Under the pieces are notes generated by a model, which worked only from the letters and a program-made list of their open reading frames with translations, searched no databases and was not told the DNA's origin. 64,000 nt of DNA from Polyangiales bacterium (GTDB taxonomy: Bacteria; Myxococcota_A; Polyangia; Polyangiales; CBDCBC01): NCBI GenBank assembly GCA_965214225.1, contig OZ243942.1:3106035-3170034 (forward strand), written 5' to 3'. The position numbers and the translations under genes are program-made. Positions 46,229 to 56,156 of this stretch are shown piece after piece (position 1 is the first letter of the stretch; every line of letters begins with the position of its first letter).

Positions 46229-46609
46229 ATGGCACAAGCAACGAAAGAAACAGAGCGTTCTCAGGCATCCCATCTTACGGAAAAACAGAGAGCCGACGCC
46301 CAGAGCGCCACGCCGAACGTTGATGTTTACGAGAACCAGGATGAGATACTACTGGTGGCGGACCTTCCAGGCGTATCGGTTGATGAACTTGATATCAACT
46401 TAGACGGCTCAGAGCTGGTGATCCAAGGAACCCAGGAAGAGAGTCCAGTCGCGTCTGGCAAGCGTCTCTCATTCAGTCGCAGCTTCCGCGTCCCGCAGTC
46501 GGTCGAGCCGCAGGGGGTCAAAGCCGAACTTCGGCAGGGTGTTCTGATGCTTCATCTGACGAAGTCAGAGGCTTCGAAGCCCCGGCGCATCGAGGTCTCG
46601 GCAAACTAA
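46229..46609 (+). CDS. Hsp20/alpha-crystallin family small heat-shock protein (second copy)
   Basis: ATG 46229 lies 7 nt after GGAGG. Contains PNVDVYENQDEILLVADLPGVSVDELDINLDGSELVIQG ... FSRSFRVPQSVEPQGVKAELRQGVLMLHLTK. Confidence 0.88.
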   Translation: MAQATKETERSQASHLTEKQRADAQSATPNVDVYENQDEILLVADLPGVSVDELDINLDGSELVIQGTQEESPVASGKRLSFSRSFRVPQSVEPQGVKAELRQGVLMLHLTKSEASKPRRIEVSAN

Positions 46610-46627
46610 GCCCAACCCGGACAGGTC

Positions 46628-46670
46628 AGGAGGCAGCAGTCGCACTGCCAAGGTTCGACTGCTGCCTCCT
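46628..46670. terminator. strong hairpin between convergent hsp20 and gor (possible bidirectional terminator)
   Basis: AGGAGGCAGCAGTCG - 13-nt loop - CGACTGCTGCCTCCT, a perfect 15-bp stem. There is no clear U-tract, so intrinsic termination is uncertain. Confidence 0.5.
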
Positions 46671-46828
46671 AACGCTGTTGCCTCCCAACTCTTCGGCCTC
46701 ACCGCGCCCCAAAAGCTTGTCATGCCGTTCCACGCCGGAACCCGTTCCACGCCGGAACCCGCATTGCGGAAGGGCTCGGCAGCTGCCGTAGTGATGCAGG
46801 CGTAATAGGATGCAATGGGCCGTTACTT

Positions 46829-48189
46829 TCAGTTGGCCCGGCGGCTGCGCATCGTCACAATCTCCTCGGCTGTGCTGGGGTGGATGCCAAGCGTGCGGTC
46901 GAAGTCTCTCTTGGTGGCTCCGCACTCCATGGCGACCGCAAAGCCTTGCACAATCTCTGCAGCCTCTGGCCCCACGACGTGGAGACCGAGCACCAGGTCT
47001 GTCTCCTTCTGCACAAGGAGCTTGACGAAAGCCCTCTCATTCCTCCCGCTGATCGTGTGCTTGAGCGGCTTGAAGTTGCTTTCGTACACGTCGAACTCCA
47101 AGCCGCCCTCTTTCGCTTGCTCCTCACTCAGCCCCACCGAGGCCATCGGCGGCTGACTGAAGATAGCCGTAGGCACATGGCGATGATGTACCTTCACCTT
47201 CTCCTTACCCGTGAGCGTTTGAGCGAGAGCTTGACCTTCCCGAATGGCTACCGGAGTCAGGTTGTAGCGGTCGGTCACATCTCCCACCGCGTGGATGTGC
47301 GGGACCGAACTCGTAGCATACTCATCGACCAGCACAGCGCCGCGTGAGTTGGTACTGACGCTGACTTTCTCCAAGCCGAGCGATTTCGTCTTGGGCTTGC
47401 GTCCGATTGCATAAACAACAAGGTCCACGTCGACATGGCTACCGTCCGTCAAATGGGCACGGATGCCATTGTCGTGCTTCTCTAGCTTCTCAGCGATCGT
47501 GTTAAGGCGGAGGTCGAGGCATGTTTTCCGGAACTCATCCTCGAGAAACTTTGTCGTTCCGCGGTCGAAGTGGTGCAACAGCACATCGTGTTTGGCAGCA
47601 ACGGTGGCCTGGCAGCCTAAGTAGTGAAGGATGCCAGCAAACTCAACCGCAATGTAACCCCCACCCATGATCAGCGCCCGCTTTGGAACCTCGCGGATGT
47701 GGAAAAGCTCATCGGAGATTATCCCCAAGTTCGCTCCGGGGATCTCCGGCCGAATAGGTTCACCCCCTGTGGCGATGACGATGTGCTTTGCGGTGAGAGT
47801 GCGCTCACCATCCACGCCAACGCGATGGTCGCCTTCGAGCTTGGCCCACCCCTTGAGGAGTTCAACGCCCGCCTTTCTTAACAGCTTCTCGTAGATGCCG
47901 TTGAGCCGCGCTATCTCAGTGTCCTTCTTCTCTAGAAATGTCAGCCAATCGAGCGAAGGCTGCTCGAACTGCCAGCCGTATCCGGCAGCGTCCTTCCAAT
48001 CTTGGCTGAAGTGGGACGCGTACACCATCAGCTTCTTTGGGATGCAGCCCACGTTGACGCAGGTGCCGCCGTAGTCCCGCCTTCAATCAGCACCGTCCTC
48101 GCACCCCGCTCCGCGCATACCCGAGCGCAGCGGACGCCCCCGGAACCACCACCGATCACACACACATCAAAATCGTAACTGTCTGACAT
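46829..48189 (-). pseudogene. gor: glutathione-disulfide reductase, reading frame broken by a 1-nt deletion near 48074-48075
   Basis: The N-terminal piece (frame of the 48028-48495 ORF, from ATG 48189) reads MSDSYDFDVCVIGGGSGGVRCARVCAERGARTVLIEGG. The next frame continues YGGTCVNVGCIPKKLMVYAS... to ...IHPSTAEEIVTMR (46829-48052 ORF). Two orphan nucleotides lie between the GGG codon (48078-48076) and the TAC codon (48073-48071). Confidence 0.8.
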
Positions 48190-48303
48190 ATATGGACTAA
48201 GGCATAGAGCGAGGGAGACGCAAGCGCCAGGCATTCTTAATGGCGGCCCGACTGCCACAAACCAGCTGAGACTTCCCCGTGCCGCATGTCGGCATCCACG
48301 ACA

Positions 48304-48402
48304 GGTCCGAGGGCAGATGCATCGCGGCTCACTCAGCGGGACCCACCGCCCTTTGGGCGGTCCCCCCAATACGTTCGCTCGCGATGCATCTGCCCTCGGA
48401 CC
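48304..48402. repeat. perfect 22-bp inverted repeat with a 55-nt structured loop
   Basis: GGTCCGAGGGCAGATGCATCGC (48304-48325) pairs with GCGATGCATCTGCCCTCGGACC (48381-48402). The loop contains the hairpin ACCGCCC-ttt-GGGCGGT. It sits in the divergent spacer between gor and the PPC-domain gene. Confidence 0.9.
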
Positions 48403-48430
48403 GGCCACCGCGCTGCACGGGCTCCCACTG

Positions 48431-48499
48431 CGTCGCCACCAGGTGCTGCGTCGCCACAAGGTGCTGCGCCACCACCAGGTGCTGCGCCACCACAAGGTT
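48431..48499. repeat. 18-bp imperfect tandem repeat x3.8 (CG[TC]CGCCAC[CA]AGGTGCTG)
   Basis: Read directly, adjacent to the 22-bp inverted repeat. Confidence 0.8.
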
Positions 48500-48622
48500 T
48501 AGACGGTTCATCTCTGCCTCCAAAAGTAGATGTGATTACCCTGCAGGCGGAGACTGGCAGATCGGTTCCCGCGGTGGTGAACGGATGCTTCACCGCTGCG
48601 GACAATGTGCTAACTTCCTGCC

Positions 48623-49537
48623 ATGACCTTTCGGCGGGCTGAAGAAGCGTTTCATCTTGTCGGAAGGCTGGAGCGTGGCGACCAACTGCCAGAGTCGCTG
48701 CTACGCGCGTGCGCGCAGCATAGCGTTCGTGCAGCGTGGCTTAGTGGCCTAGGTGCGGTAGAGTGGGTGGAGCTGGCTGAGTACGATCAATCGGAGCAGC
48801 GGTACACCGAGCCCCGGCGCTACGACGCTCCCTTCGAAATCCTCAAACTCGTTGGCAACCTTTCGCTCAAAGACGGAGAGCTCTTCAGCCATCTGCATGT
48901 TGTGCTCTCGAGGGAGACCCGTGATGGCGTTGAGGTGATTGGAGGACATCTAGTCAGAGCATCGGTGTTTGCGTGCGAGCTTCACCTCACGTGTTTTCGC
49001 GAACTCGAGCTCCATCGCGAGCTCGATGAGGCCACCGGACTCTATCTTTGGAAGAGCGAGATACAGAATCCTTGGAAAGGCGACACACTGGAAGAGGGCG
49101 CCGGAGAGAGTGGCCTCGGCGGTACTCAAGAGGCGCAGCCGGGCCTGCAAGCTGCCACCTCGTGGTCTGCAGTGGGCGCGGCGCTTTCCGCTCAAGAGAA
49201 TCAACAGCGCATGCAACAAGCGACGCAGCAGGCGTGGCAGCAGGGGTGGCAGAGCGCGGCCGCAAAGGCGCAGCTTGCGCAAGGCTCAACGGAAGCGGGC
49301 GTTCGCGCGGTCTCTCTGGGCCCTCGTGAGCTCAAGCGAGGAGACACGCTTGATCACCCCCGCTTTGGCACCTGCCACGTGCAGGGCACAATGAAGGAAG
49401 GCGGAGTCCGCATCCGTCTAGCAGACGGAAGTCACAAGACGATCAAGCTTGCGGTCTTCGAGATTGCGGAGGCTTCGGCAGGAGCACCGGGGAAACGGCA
49501 GTTCGTTTTGAAGCCGAAGTCGGATAACCTAAAGTAG
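48623..49537 (+). CDS. PPC (DUF296) domain protein with a Q-rich linker and a C-terminal domain of unknown function
   Basis: The N-terminal ~130 aa (FHLVGRLERGDQLPESL...GLGAVEWVELAEYD......EILKLVGNLS..DGELFSHLHVVLS......GGHL..A.V.ACELHL) fit the PPC/DUF296 pattern. Confidence 0.65.
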   Translation: MTFRRAEEAFHLVGRLERGDQLPESLLRACAQHSVRAAWLSGLGAVEWVELAEYDQSEQRYTEPRRYDAPFEILKLVGNLSLKDGELFSHLHVVLSRETRDGVEVIGGHLVRASVFACELHLTCFRELELHRELDEATGLYLWKSEIQNPWKGDTLEEGAGESGLGGTQEAQPGLQAATSWSAVGAALSAQENQQRMQQATQQAWQQGWQSAAAKAQLAQGSTEAGVRAVSLGPRELKRGDTLDHPRFGTCHVQGTMKEGGVRIRLADGSHKTIKLAVFEIAEASAGAPGKRQFVLKPKSDNLK

Positions 49538-49781
49538 CCTACGCCGAAGTTCCGAAGCCGCCCGGTCGCGCAGGAAAGATCGATCAGACCGCGGCACCCT
49601 AGACTTCAGAGACCCACACTCAATGCGGATATAAAAGCTTGAGGCAGCTGTCCATCGTTCTCTGCTTTACAATGACCTTTTTGTATAAAAGCGTCGCTCG
49701 AGGTGAATCTGCGCATTTTTCCGTCGTCTTAACCCACAACGATCTACGTACCTACAACGAACTATGATGTCTGGAGGGACA

Positions 49782-50390
49782 ATGCGATACATGGGACCCA
49801 TGGCGACGGCTTTGCTGATGCTAGCTGCTTGCGGAGGCGACGACGATGACAGCAAGGCCTTCTCCACGAGTCTTGACACCAGCAGGCAGGCCTCATCGCT
49901 AAGCGCGGAGGAATACCAGACCTTCTGTCAAGAGACTTCGGAGTTTGCCGATCGAACCACGAACACCGAAGAAACTGTGCGCGGGGCATGTGTGGCGTTC
50001 GTCGTCGCCTTTGCCGACGATTTTGACGAGAACCGCTGCCGTGAGGTCGCTGAGCAGTGCGTGCAGACGACCGACAAGTATCAGGAGCCATCGGTTGACT
50101 GCAGCGACAGCGAGGTGAAGGAGCGCTTCCTGGCTTGCGACGCAACCCTGCAACAGATTGTCACCTGCTACAACGACGTAACCGGTAGCGGCAGTGCCGT
50201 GCAGAGAATCTCAGAGTTCACCTGCGAGAATCCTCCCTCTAAGGAGGAGGTGGAGCAGGTAGTAGGCGATGACCAGCCGATGCCGCCGTCATGCGGAGCT
50301 GTTTCAGAATGCTTGTTGTTTGATTCTGAGGTCGAAGAAGAGGACGAAGTAGACGGCGACGCGTTCATGGAGACACCCTCAGGACCATAG
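49782..50390 (+). CDS. cysteine-rich acidic lipoprotein, function unknown
   Basis: ATG 49782 follows GGAGGG. MRYMGPMATALLMLAACGGDDDD (lipobox). 10 Cys and an acidic tail. Confidence 0.6.
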   Translation: MRYMGPMATALLMLAACGGDDDDSKAFSTSLDTSRQASSLSAEEYQTFCQETSEFADRTTNTEETVRGACVAFVVAFADDFDENRCREVAEQCVQTTDKYQEPSVDCSDSEVKERFLACDATLQQIVTCYNDVTGSGSAVQRISEFTCENPPSKEEVEQVVGDDQPMPPSCGAVSECLLFDSEVEEEDEVDGDAFMETPSGP

Positions 50391-50469
50391 CGTCATGTGT
50401 GGGCCCTTATGCGCTTTGGGCTGCTACGAAGAGCGCGGATTGACGGCAGCCATCCGCGCTCTTCCTCAT

Positions 50470-51411
50470 TTAGCGGGTTGCGCGCAAGCGAACACGAGGG
50501 TCCAAGGCGGCCACGGAAATGTCCGCCAGCAGGTTGCCCAGCTGAACCATGGCGCAGGAGATGATGACGATGGCGGTGATCATTGGGAAGTCGGGTTTGT
50601 AGATCGACTCAACAGCTAGCCGGCCCATGCCCGGCCAGGAGAAGATGCTTTCGGTGATGATAGCTCCTGAAACCAGGAATGGCAGCTGGAGACCCACCAT
50701 GGTGACAACGGGAAGCAACGCGTTGCGTACCCCGTGGACCATCAGAGTGCGTGCTTGTCCCGCCCCCTTAGCACGCGCGGTGCGGATATAGTCCTGCCCT
50801 AGACTCTCGATAAGCTCACTGCGCATGATGCGCGCGTAGGTGGCAGAACCAATAATGGCAAGAGTGAACGCGGGGAGAATGGCATGGCGTAGATGCTCCC
50901 AGAACCCCCAGCCGTAGCCGCCAACGGGAAACCAGCCCAAGCGGAAGGCAACGACCTCGAGGAACAGCAGCCCCCAAATGAAAGAGGGCGTGCTGATGCC
51001 TGCGAAAGCAAGCGCCATAATGCTCCCATCGATTGATGTGCCTCGAAATCGCGCGGCAACGATTCCCACGCCAAGTCCGAGCAAGAGCTCGATGCCCATG
51101 GCCAGTGCGGCAAGTAAGAGCGTGCGAGGGAGGCGCGTAGCAATGGTTTCCATTACAGGGCGGTCATCGCGGAAGGAGGTGCCGAAGTCACCATGTCCCA
51201 GCGAGCCCAGCAAGTTCTGGTAGCGCTGCCAAAGTGGTCGGTCGAGGCCATGTTTCTTGCGGAAGTCCTGCAGCTGAACCGCTTGTGCTCGCGGACCCAG
51301 TTGAGCCACAGCGGGATCGCCGATGAGGTTGAGCAAGAAGAAGACGAGCGTCACAACAGCCCAGAGGATGACGATGGCCCAAGCCATGCGCTTGAGGGTG
51401 AAGACGATCAT
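50470..51411 (-). CDS. ABC transporter permease (peptide/nickel type, OppB/DppB-like)
   Basis: MIVFTLKRMAWAIVILWAVVTLVFFLL, and the EAA-loop region YIRTARAKGAGQARTLMVHGVRNALLPV. Its start (51411) overlaps the stop of the binding-protein gene (ATGA). Confidence 0.88.
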   Translation of the reverse strand: MIVFTLKRMAWAIVILWAVVTLVFFLLNLIGDPAVAQLGPRAQAVQLQDFRKKHGLDRPLWQRYQNLLGSLGHGDFGTSFRDDRPVMETIATRLPRTLLLAALAMGIELLLGLGVGIVAARFRGTSIDGSIMALAFAGISTPSFIWGLLFLEVVAFRLGWFPVGGYGWGFWEHLRHAILPAFTLAIIGSATYARIMRSELIESLGQDYIRTARAKGAGQARTLMVHGVRNALLPVVTMVGLQLPFLVSGAIITESIFSWPGMGRLAVESIYKPDFPMITAIVIISCAMVQLGNLLADISVAALDPRVRLRATR

Positions 51412-53153
51412 GGTGCATCTTCCTTGGCGGCACGACGGGGAAGATCCAGCCAGACGTCGCGGAAGTAGTCGGGCCACACCGGGTGAGGTTTGAAGTTCTT
51501 CACGTACGGCTGCCAGGCAAACATGGCTTGCCCATTCCAGAGGAAGGCCCATGGGGCGTCCTCGGTCAGAATCGTTTGCGCCTTTCGATAGAGCGCCTCT
51601 CGTTTGTTGCGATCGTGCTCTGTGCGAGCAGCGTCAAGTATGGCATCGAGCTTAGGATTTCGGTAGAACGCGCGGTTCTCCGAATCGCGCGGGTGGATGG
51701 CATTGGAATGAAACAGCACGTCGAGGAAGTTGGCGGGGTCAGGAAAATCCTGAGACCAGCCAGTGAGGAACATCTGCGCGGTGTTCCTTCGGCCGGTCTC
51801 CTCGAGGTAGACCGGGAACGCTACCTGCTTGAGCTCCACCTCAATGCCGATCTTTGCCAGGTCGGATTGAGCGAGTTCACCTATTTTCTTGGACGCATCG
51901 CTCTCGCCGAGCCACATCGTGACAGGCCTCGGGTAACCATTCTTGTAGCCGGCAAGTTTCATCTCGCGTCGCGCCTTAGGCAAATCATAACGCTGCCGAC
52001 TCGGGAGGTGCGCATCGTAGCCAAGAAGACCGGGCGGCACGGGTTGACCTGTGATGCGAAGGCGGTGGTTGCGCGCCTGCTTCCACCAGGGGCGGTTGAT
52101 TGCGAAAGCCACAGCCCGTCGCACATGCCGATTGTCGAACGGCGGCATTTCGCAGTTCATCGCCAACCCCCAGATGTCGATCTGCGGGACCTCAGTGACA
52201 TAGGGTTGCCAAGCCTCAGCCTTCTTGAAGAAGAGGTAGTCGGCAGGAGGAAATCCTCCCGTTATATCCAGTTCGCCGTTCCTGAATCGGCGTGTTGATG
52301 TTTCAGCTGAGACATTGAGCAAGTAGATCATGCGGTCGACGTAGGGGTAGCCAACTCGCCAATAGTTTTTGTTGCGCGTGAAGACAATGCGTACCCCGGG
52401 CTCCCACTCCGTTAGTCGAAAGGGACCGGAGCCGACCGGATGATGAGCTGCATCACTGCTTGCGTACATCTCCCGAGGAACGGGATGAGCAAAGGTCATC
52501 GACATGGCGTGAAGGAATGTTTGGTCGGCTTTCGTCAATTGGAAGGAGACGGTGTAGCGGCCGCTGATGCGAATGCCTCCGATGTGCGCACTTCTGCCTG
52601 AGCGGTATGCCTCGAGCCCCTCAATGAGGGTGAAGAACGGGTAAGCGGGCGAGGCAAGCTCTGGGTTGAGCATGTGCTCCATTGACCATTTTACATCGTC
52701 TGCCGTGATCTCGCGGCCGTTGTGAAAGTGGACCCCGTTTCGCAGAGTGAAGGTGAACGTCTTTCCGTCGGACGAGACCTCAGGCATGGACTCTGCCAGG
52801 CTCGGTACAAGTTTGGCTTCGTAGTTGTAATCGAGGAGACCATCGAAAAGAAGCTTGATGCCGGTGGTGGAGAGGACGTCGTAGGAGATGTGCGGGTCAA
52901 ACCCGCGCACGTCGCTGGAGGTGTGGAAGATGAGCGTACCGCCCTGCTGAGGCTGCGAGTGTCCCGCTCCCTTGTAACGGGGCGCTTGAGGCGCGCGAGG
53001 ACATCCCACCAACGACAGAGTGGTCAGTAACAAAGTGGCCAGTAACAGAGCGGTCAGCAACGGGCACAGGAGTGCGGCGAAAGTTTGCAGCCCCTCGTGC
53101 CTCCCTCGATGGTCTGAGGCTAGTTTAGCGATCTTTAGGGTCAAGCGCGTCAC
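51408..53153 (-). CDS. ABC transporter substrate-binding protein, family 5 (peptide/nickel)
   Basis: 581 aa. Signal peptide with lipobox-like LSLVGCP. Family-5 architecture (…GTLIFHTSSDVRGFDP…, …GSGPFRLTEWEPG…, …GWSQDFPDPANFL…). Confidence 0.85.
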   Translation of the reverse strand: MTRLTLKIAKLASDHRGRHEGLQTFAALLCPLLTALLLATLLLTTLSLVGCPRAPQAPRYKGAGHSQPQQGGTLIFHTSSDVRGFDPHISYDVLSTTGIKLLFDGLLDYNYEAKLVPSLAESMPEVSSDGKTFTFTLRNGVHFHNGREITADDVKWSMEHMLNPELASPAYPFFTLIEGLEAYRSGRSAHIGGIRISGRYTVSFQLTKADQTFLHAMSMTFAHPVPREMYASSDAAHHPVGSGPFRLTEWEPGVRIVFTRNKNYWRVGYPYVDRMIYLLNVSAETSTRRFRNGELDITGGFPPADYLFFKKAEAWQPYVTEVPQIDIWGLAMNCEMPPFDNRHVRRAVAFAINRPWWKQARNHRLRITGQPVPPGLLGYDAHLPSRQRYDLPKARREMKLAGYKNGYPRPVTMWLGESDASKKIGELAQSDLAKIGIEVELKQVAFPVYLEETGRRNTAQMFLTGWSQDFPDPANFLDVLFHSNAIHPRDSENRAFYRNPKLDAILDAARTEHDRNKREALYRKAQTILTEDAPWAFLWNGQAMFAWQPYVKNFKPHPVWPDYFRDVWLDLPRRAAKEDAP

Positions 53154-53916
53154 GAAGCCCCTCGCCTAGGAGATTAAATCCGAACACAGTGCACACGATG
53201 AGAAGGCCGGGAAGCACGACCAGCCGAGGCGAGTGCGTCATCAGCGCTTGCCCATCGCGAAGCATCGTGCCCCAGCTCGATTGTGGAGCCTGCACGCCCA
53301 AGCCAAGGAAGGACATCGCCGACTCGACAATCACCATGTTGGCCACCATGGTGGTGGCAATGACGATCACCGGCCCAAGGATGTTTGGGAGGATGTGAGC
53401 AAAGACGATGCGACGGTTTGGACAGCCAATCACGCGCGCTGCCTGCACGTAATCGAGCTCCTTGACCTGCATCACCTTGCTCCGCGTGATGCGAGCCAAA
53501 CTGCTCCACGAGAGCAATCCTAATAGGAGGTAGAGCGACCACAGCTCGGTGCTTTTTAGCGCCTTTTGCACGGAGATTGCTATTAGAAGGAATGGGATGG
53601 ACAGGAGAATGTCAACTAGCCGCATCGCCACTAGGTCAACTACCCCGCCAAAGAAGCCGGAGGCTAAGCCAATCAGCAAACCTGCAATCACTGCCAGCGC
53701 TGTTGCTAGTGTCGCAACCTGGAGGGTCACGCGGCCCCCGTCTAGCAAGCGTGAGAGCTCATCGCGTCCCAGCTGATCGGTTCCAAGCACGAACCTCGAA
53801 CCGGGCCCGACGGGCGTACCGTCATCCATCCGCAGTCCCTCTTCATAGACGCGGTTCGGGTCATGAGGAGCTACCCAGGGCCCCACGAGGGCAAGCCCAC
53901 ACACAACGACAATCAA
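53125..53916 (-). CDS. ABC transporter permease (OppC/DppC-like)
   Basis: GPWVAPHDPN and the EAA loop DYVQAARVIGCPNRRIVFAHILPNILGPV. The track start is TTG. The frame is open a further 16 codons up to the upstream stop, so the true start is uncertain. Confidence 0.85.
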   Translation of the reverse strand: MIVVVCGLALVGPWVAPHDPNRVYEEGLRMDDGTPVGPGSRFVLGTDQLGRDELSRLLDGGRVTLQVATLATALAVIAGLLIGLASGFFGGVVDLVAMRLVDILLSIPFLLIAISVQKALKSTELWSLYLLLGLLSWSSLARITRSKVMQVKELDYVQAARVIGCPNRRIVFAHILPNILGPVIVIATTMVANMVIVESAMSFLGLGVQAPQSSWGTMLRDGQALMTHSPRLVVLPGLLIVCTVFGFNLLGEGLRDALDPKDR

Positions 53917-53968
53917 GGTCGCACCTGTCAGAGCGCCGCGTTGCGACAGTAGACGATGCAGCCTCGGC

Positions 53969-54811
53969 TCACGGGACGTCAGAGGTCACTCCACGTTCAC
54001 AGAACTGTCGGATAGCATCTGCGGTTTCAACAGGCAGTTCCTCGTTAGGAGCGTGCCCTACGTCTTGCATCACGTGAAGCCGTGCACGAGGCAGGAGCGA
54101 TGCCACTTTGGATGCGTGGCTGACGGGAAGAAGCTTATCGTGAGACCCCCACAAGATGAGCACGGGTTGTTCCACAGAAGGAAGAGCAGCTTGCACCGGC
54201 TCAAGCTGCGACATTCGCAAAAATACCTCGTAGGCGGATTCCCGAGAGGTTCTTGCGGTGAAGCGGTCGTAGTAGTGGTCGATGAGCTCTAACGGAACGC
54301 GCTCCCGCCTGTGGACAACCTTGGTTTGGAAATAGTGCCGGAAAAGGCGCGGTCCATACACGTGCAGGAAGGCCCATCGCCCGACCCGAGGGATCTTCAG
54401 CAAGCTGCCTGAGAAGCCAATCCGAGGCGGGTAAACGACTGGCGCAACGACCACCAGGCGCTGCAAGAGGGGAGGCCGCTCCGCGGCTATTAAGAATGCG
54501 ATCGAGCCGCCGAACGAGTGGGCGCACAACGTGAACGGAGTTTCGACCACGCGAGGCAGTGCCTTGGCCAGGATACCTGCGATAGAGCGGGCAGAGTAGG
54601 TGAGGGCGCTGGAGACCTTCGTGCTGGTGCCGAAGCCGGGAAGGTCGATGAGGACACATCGATACTGCGGGGCCAGCTGCCTAGCTACCGCATACCAGCT
54701 CTGATGGTCGACGAGCCAACCGTGCAAGAAAATAAGGGCTGGCCCGTGCCCTTCCTCCCTCACGTGCAGCCGAATCCCATCGACCTCAACTTCGCGAACT
54801 GCTGCACCCAT
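53969..54811 (-). CDS. alpha/beta-fold hydrolase
   Basis: HGPALIFLHGW, nucleophile elbow CAHSFGG, and a C-terminal MQDVGHAPNEE (catalytic His). Confidence 0.85.
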   Translation of the reverse strand: MGAAVREVEVDGIRLHVREEGHGPALIFLHGWLVDHQSWYAVARQLAPQYRCVLIDLPGFGTSTKVSSALTYSARSIAGILAKALPRVVETPFTLCAHSFGGSIAFLIAAERPPLLQRLVVVAPVVYPPRIGFSGSLLKIPRVGRWAFLHVYGPRLFRHYFQTKVVHRRERVPLELIDHYYDRFTARTSRESAYEVFLRMSQLEPVQAALPSVEQPVLILWGSHDKLLPVSHASKVASLLPRARLHVMQDVGHAPNEELPVETADAIRQFCERGVTSDVP

Positions 54812-54968
54812 CTTAGATTACTCCCCACCCGAAGCTTCAGATCGCCGAAAAGTAGCAAAAGAAGCGGCCTTGACGCAAGATCATGGGGAACCTGTCACAC
54901 GTCCTCTGCCATTTTAGTGGAACCGCCGCTCAAGTTTCCATTGACAGGATTCTATTCAATGGAATACA

Positions 54969-55553
54969 TTGAGCGACCTCACGACGATGACACAGAGCGA
55001 ACTCACAGAGCAGCCCCGGGTGGTGCGTAGCAGCGAGCGCAGAGCAGGCTGGACGGAAGCAGAGCTCCAGGAGCTGGAACACGGGCATCCTGAGGGGCTC
55101 GCAACGGCAGAGGTTGTCGCAGCCTTCAGCGCACGAGGTGAGCGTTTAAGTGAGGCCACCGTGCGCAAATACGTGCAGTGGGGCCTTCTCCCGCGCAGCA
55201 CACGTGTCGGACGCAAAGGGAAACACCGTGGCTCCCAAGGTCGCTATCCAACATCGATCATCCGAAGACTCGTGCTCATCCGAGAGCTGATGGGGCGCGG
55301 CCTCACCATTGAGGATATTCGGTCGCAGAGGTTGCTCTACGCCGGTGAGTTGGAGGCTCTGAGCGTGAAGCTCGAGGATGTCTTCAAATCCTTCGAGCGA
55401 GCCATTGAAGCCAATGCGGATACCGCCTCCGTGCCGTTCGCACGTGCGCGAGTTCACGAGGCGCGGAAGCTTGGTGAGCAGCTAACGGAGAAGCTTCGTT
55501 CGCTGGAGCAGCGGCTCAGTCTCGAGATTCGAATGTCACAAGCAGCGATCTAA
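54969..55553 (+). CDS. MerR-like HTH protein with a C-terminal coiled coil
   Basis: [15 protein letters not shown]...[28 protein letters not shown] resembles a MerR-type wHTH. The remainder is helical. Family assignment is tentative. Confidence 0.5.
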   Translation: MSDLTTMTQSELTEQPRVVRSSERRAGWTEAELQELEHGHPEGLATAEVVAAFSARGERLSEATVRKYVQWGLLPRSTRVGRKGKHRGSQGRYPTSIIRRLVLIRELMGRGLTIEDIRSQRLLYAGELEALSVKLEDVFKSFERAIEANADTASVPFARARVHEARKLGEQLTEKLRSLEQRLSLEIRMSQAAI

Positions 55554-55603
55554 CTGCCTGTGAAACACAACACACAACAGTAGCGACACGTGAGGAGGGG
55601 AAG

Positions 55604-56128
55604 ATGAGCGTAGGCAAACCGGGAACTAACGCAGAGAACACACGGGGTTCCTTGGCATTGGCGTTGGAGGCAACTCCAGACCCAGGTGAGAGCGACGATC
55701 CGAGCAGGGCACCACGACGTCGCCGAAGCCGTGCAAGGGCGCGGACCATCTCCATCCGTCGCCTCAGCAAAAGTGAGCTCAATCGCGGTCGCGAGCTGTA
55801 TCCGGAAGAGCAATATTGGCGGCCTCAGAACCGCAACGAATGCGTCTCGATGGACCGTCCCTGTCCGTTCATCTCGTGTAAGTATCATCTCTATGTCGAC
55901 GTTCATCCTGTTCGAGGCTCCATCAAGATGAACTTCCCGGACCTCGAGGTTTGGGAGATGACGGAGACTTGCGCGCTGGATATCGCTGACCGTGGCGGCA
56001 TTACGCTAGAGGAAGTTGGCGAGATCATGAACCTCACACGCGAACGTGTGCGTCAAGTCGAGACGCAAGGTCTTGGTAAGCTCGAAGAAGCAGGTGAGCT
56101 GGCACGGCTCAAAGAGCTTGTTCTTTAA
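55604..56128 (+). CDS. small DNA-binding protein carrying only a sigma-70 region-4-like HTH, preceded by a Cys3-His motif
   Basis: C-terminal [28 protein letters not shown] is a region-4.2-type HTH. Upstream lies [17 protein letters not shown] (C-x7-C-x4-C-x2-H). The N-terminus is Arg-rich and disordered. Confidence 0.6.
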   Translation: MSVGKPGTNAENTRGSLALALEATPDPGESDDPSRAPRRRRSRARARTISIRRLSKSELNRGRELYPEEQYWRPQNRNECVSMDRPCPFISCKYHLYVDVHPVRGSIKMNFPDLEVWEMTETCALDIADRGGITLEEVGEIMNLTRERVRQVETQGLGKLEEAGELARLKELVL

Positions 56129-56129
56129 T

Positions 56130-56156
56130 TGATGCAGCAACGCTTCGGCTGCATCA
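56130..56156. terminator. hairpin TGATGCAGC-aacgcttcg-GCTGCATCA after the region-4 protein gene
   Basis: 9-bp perfect stem starting 2 nt after the stop codon. No U-tract. Confidence 0.45.
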
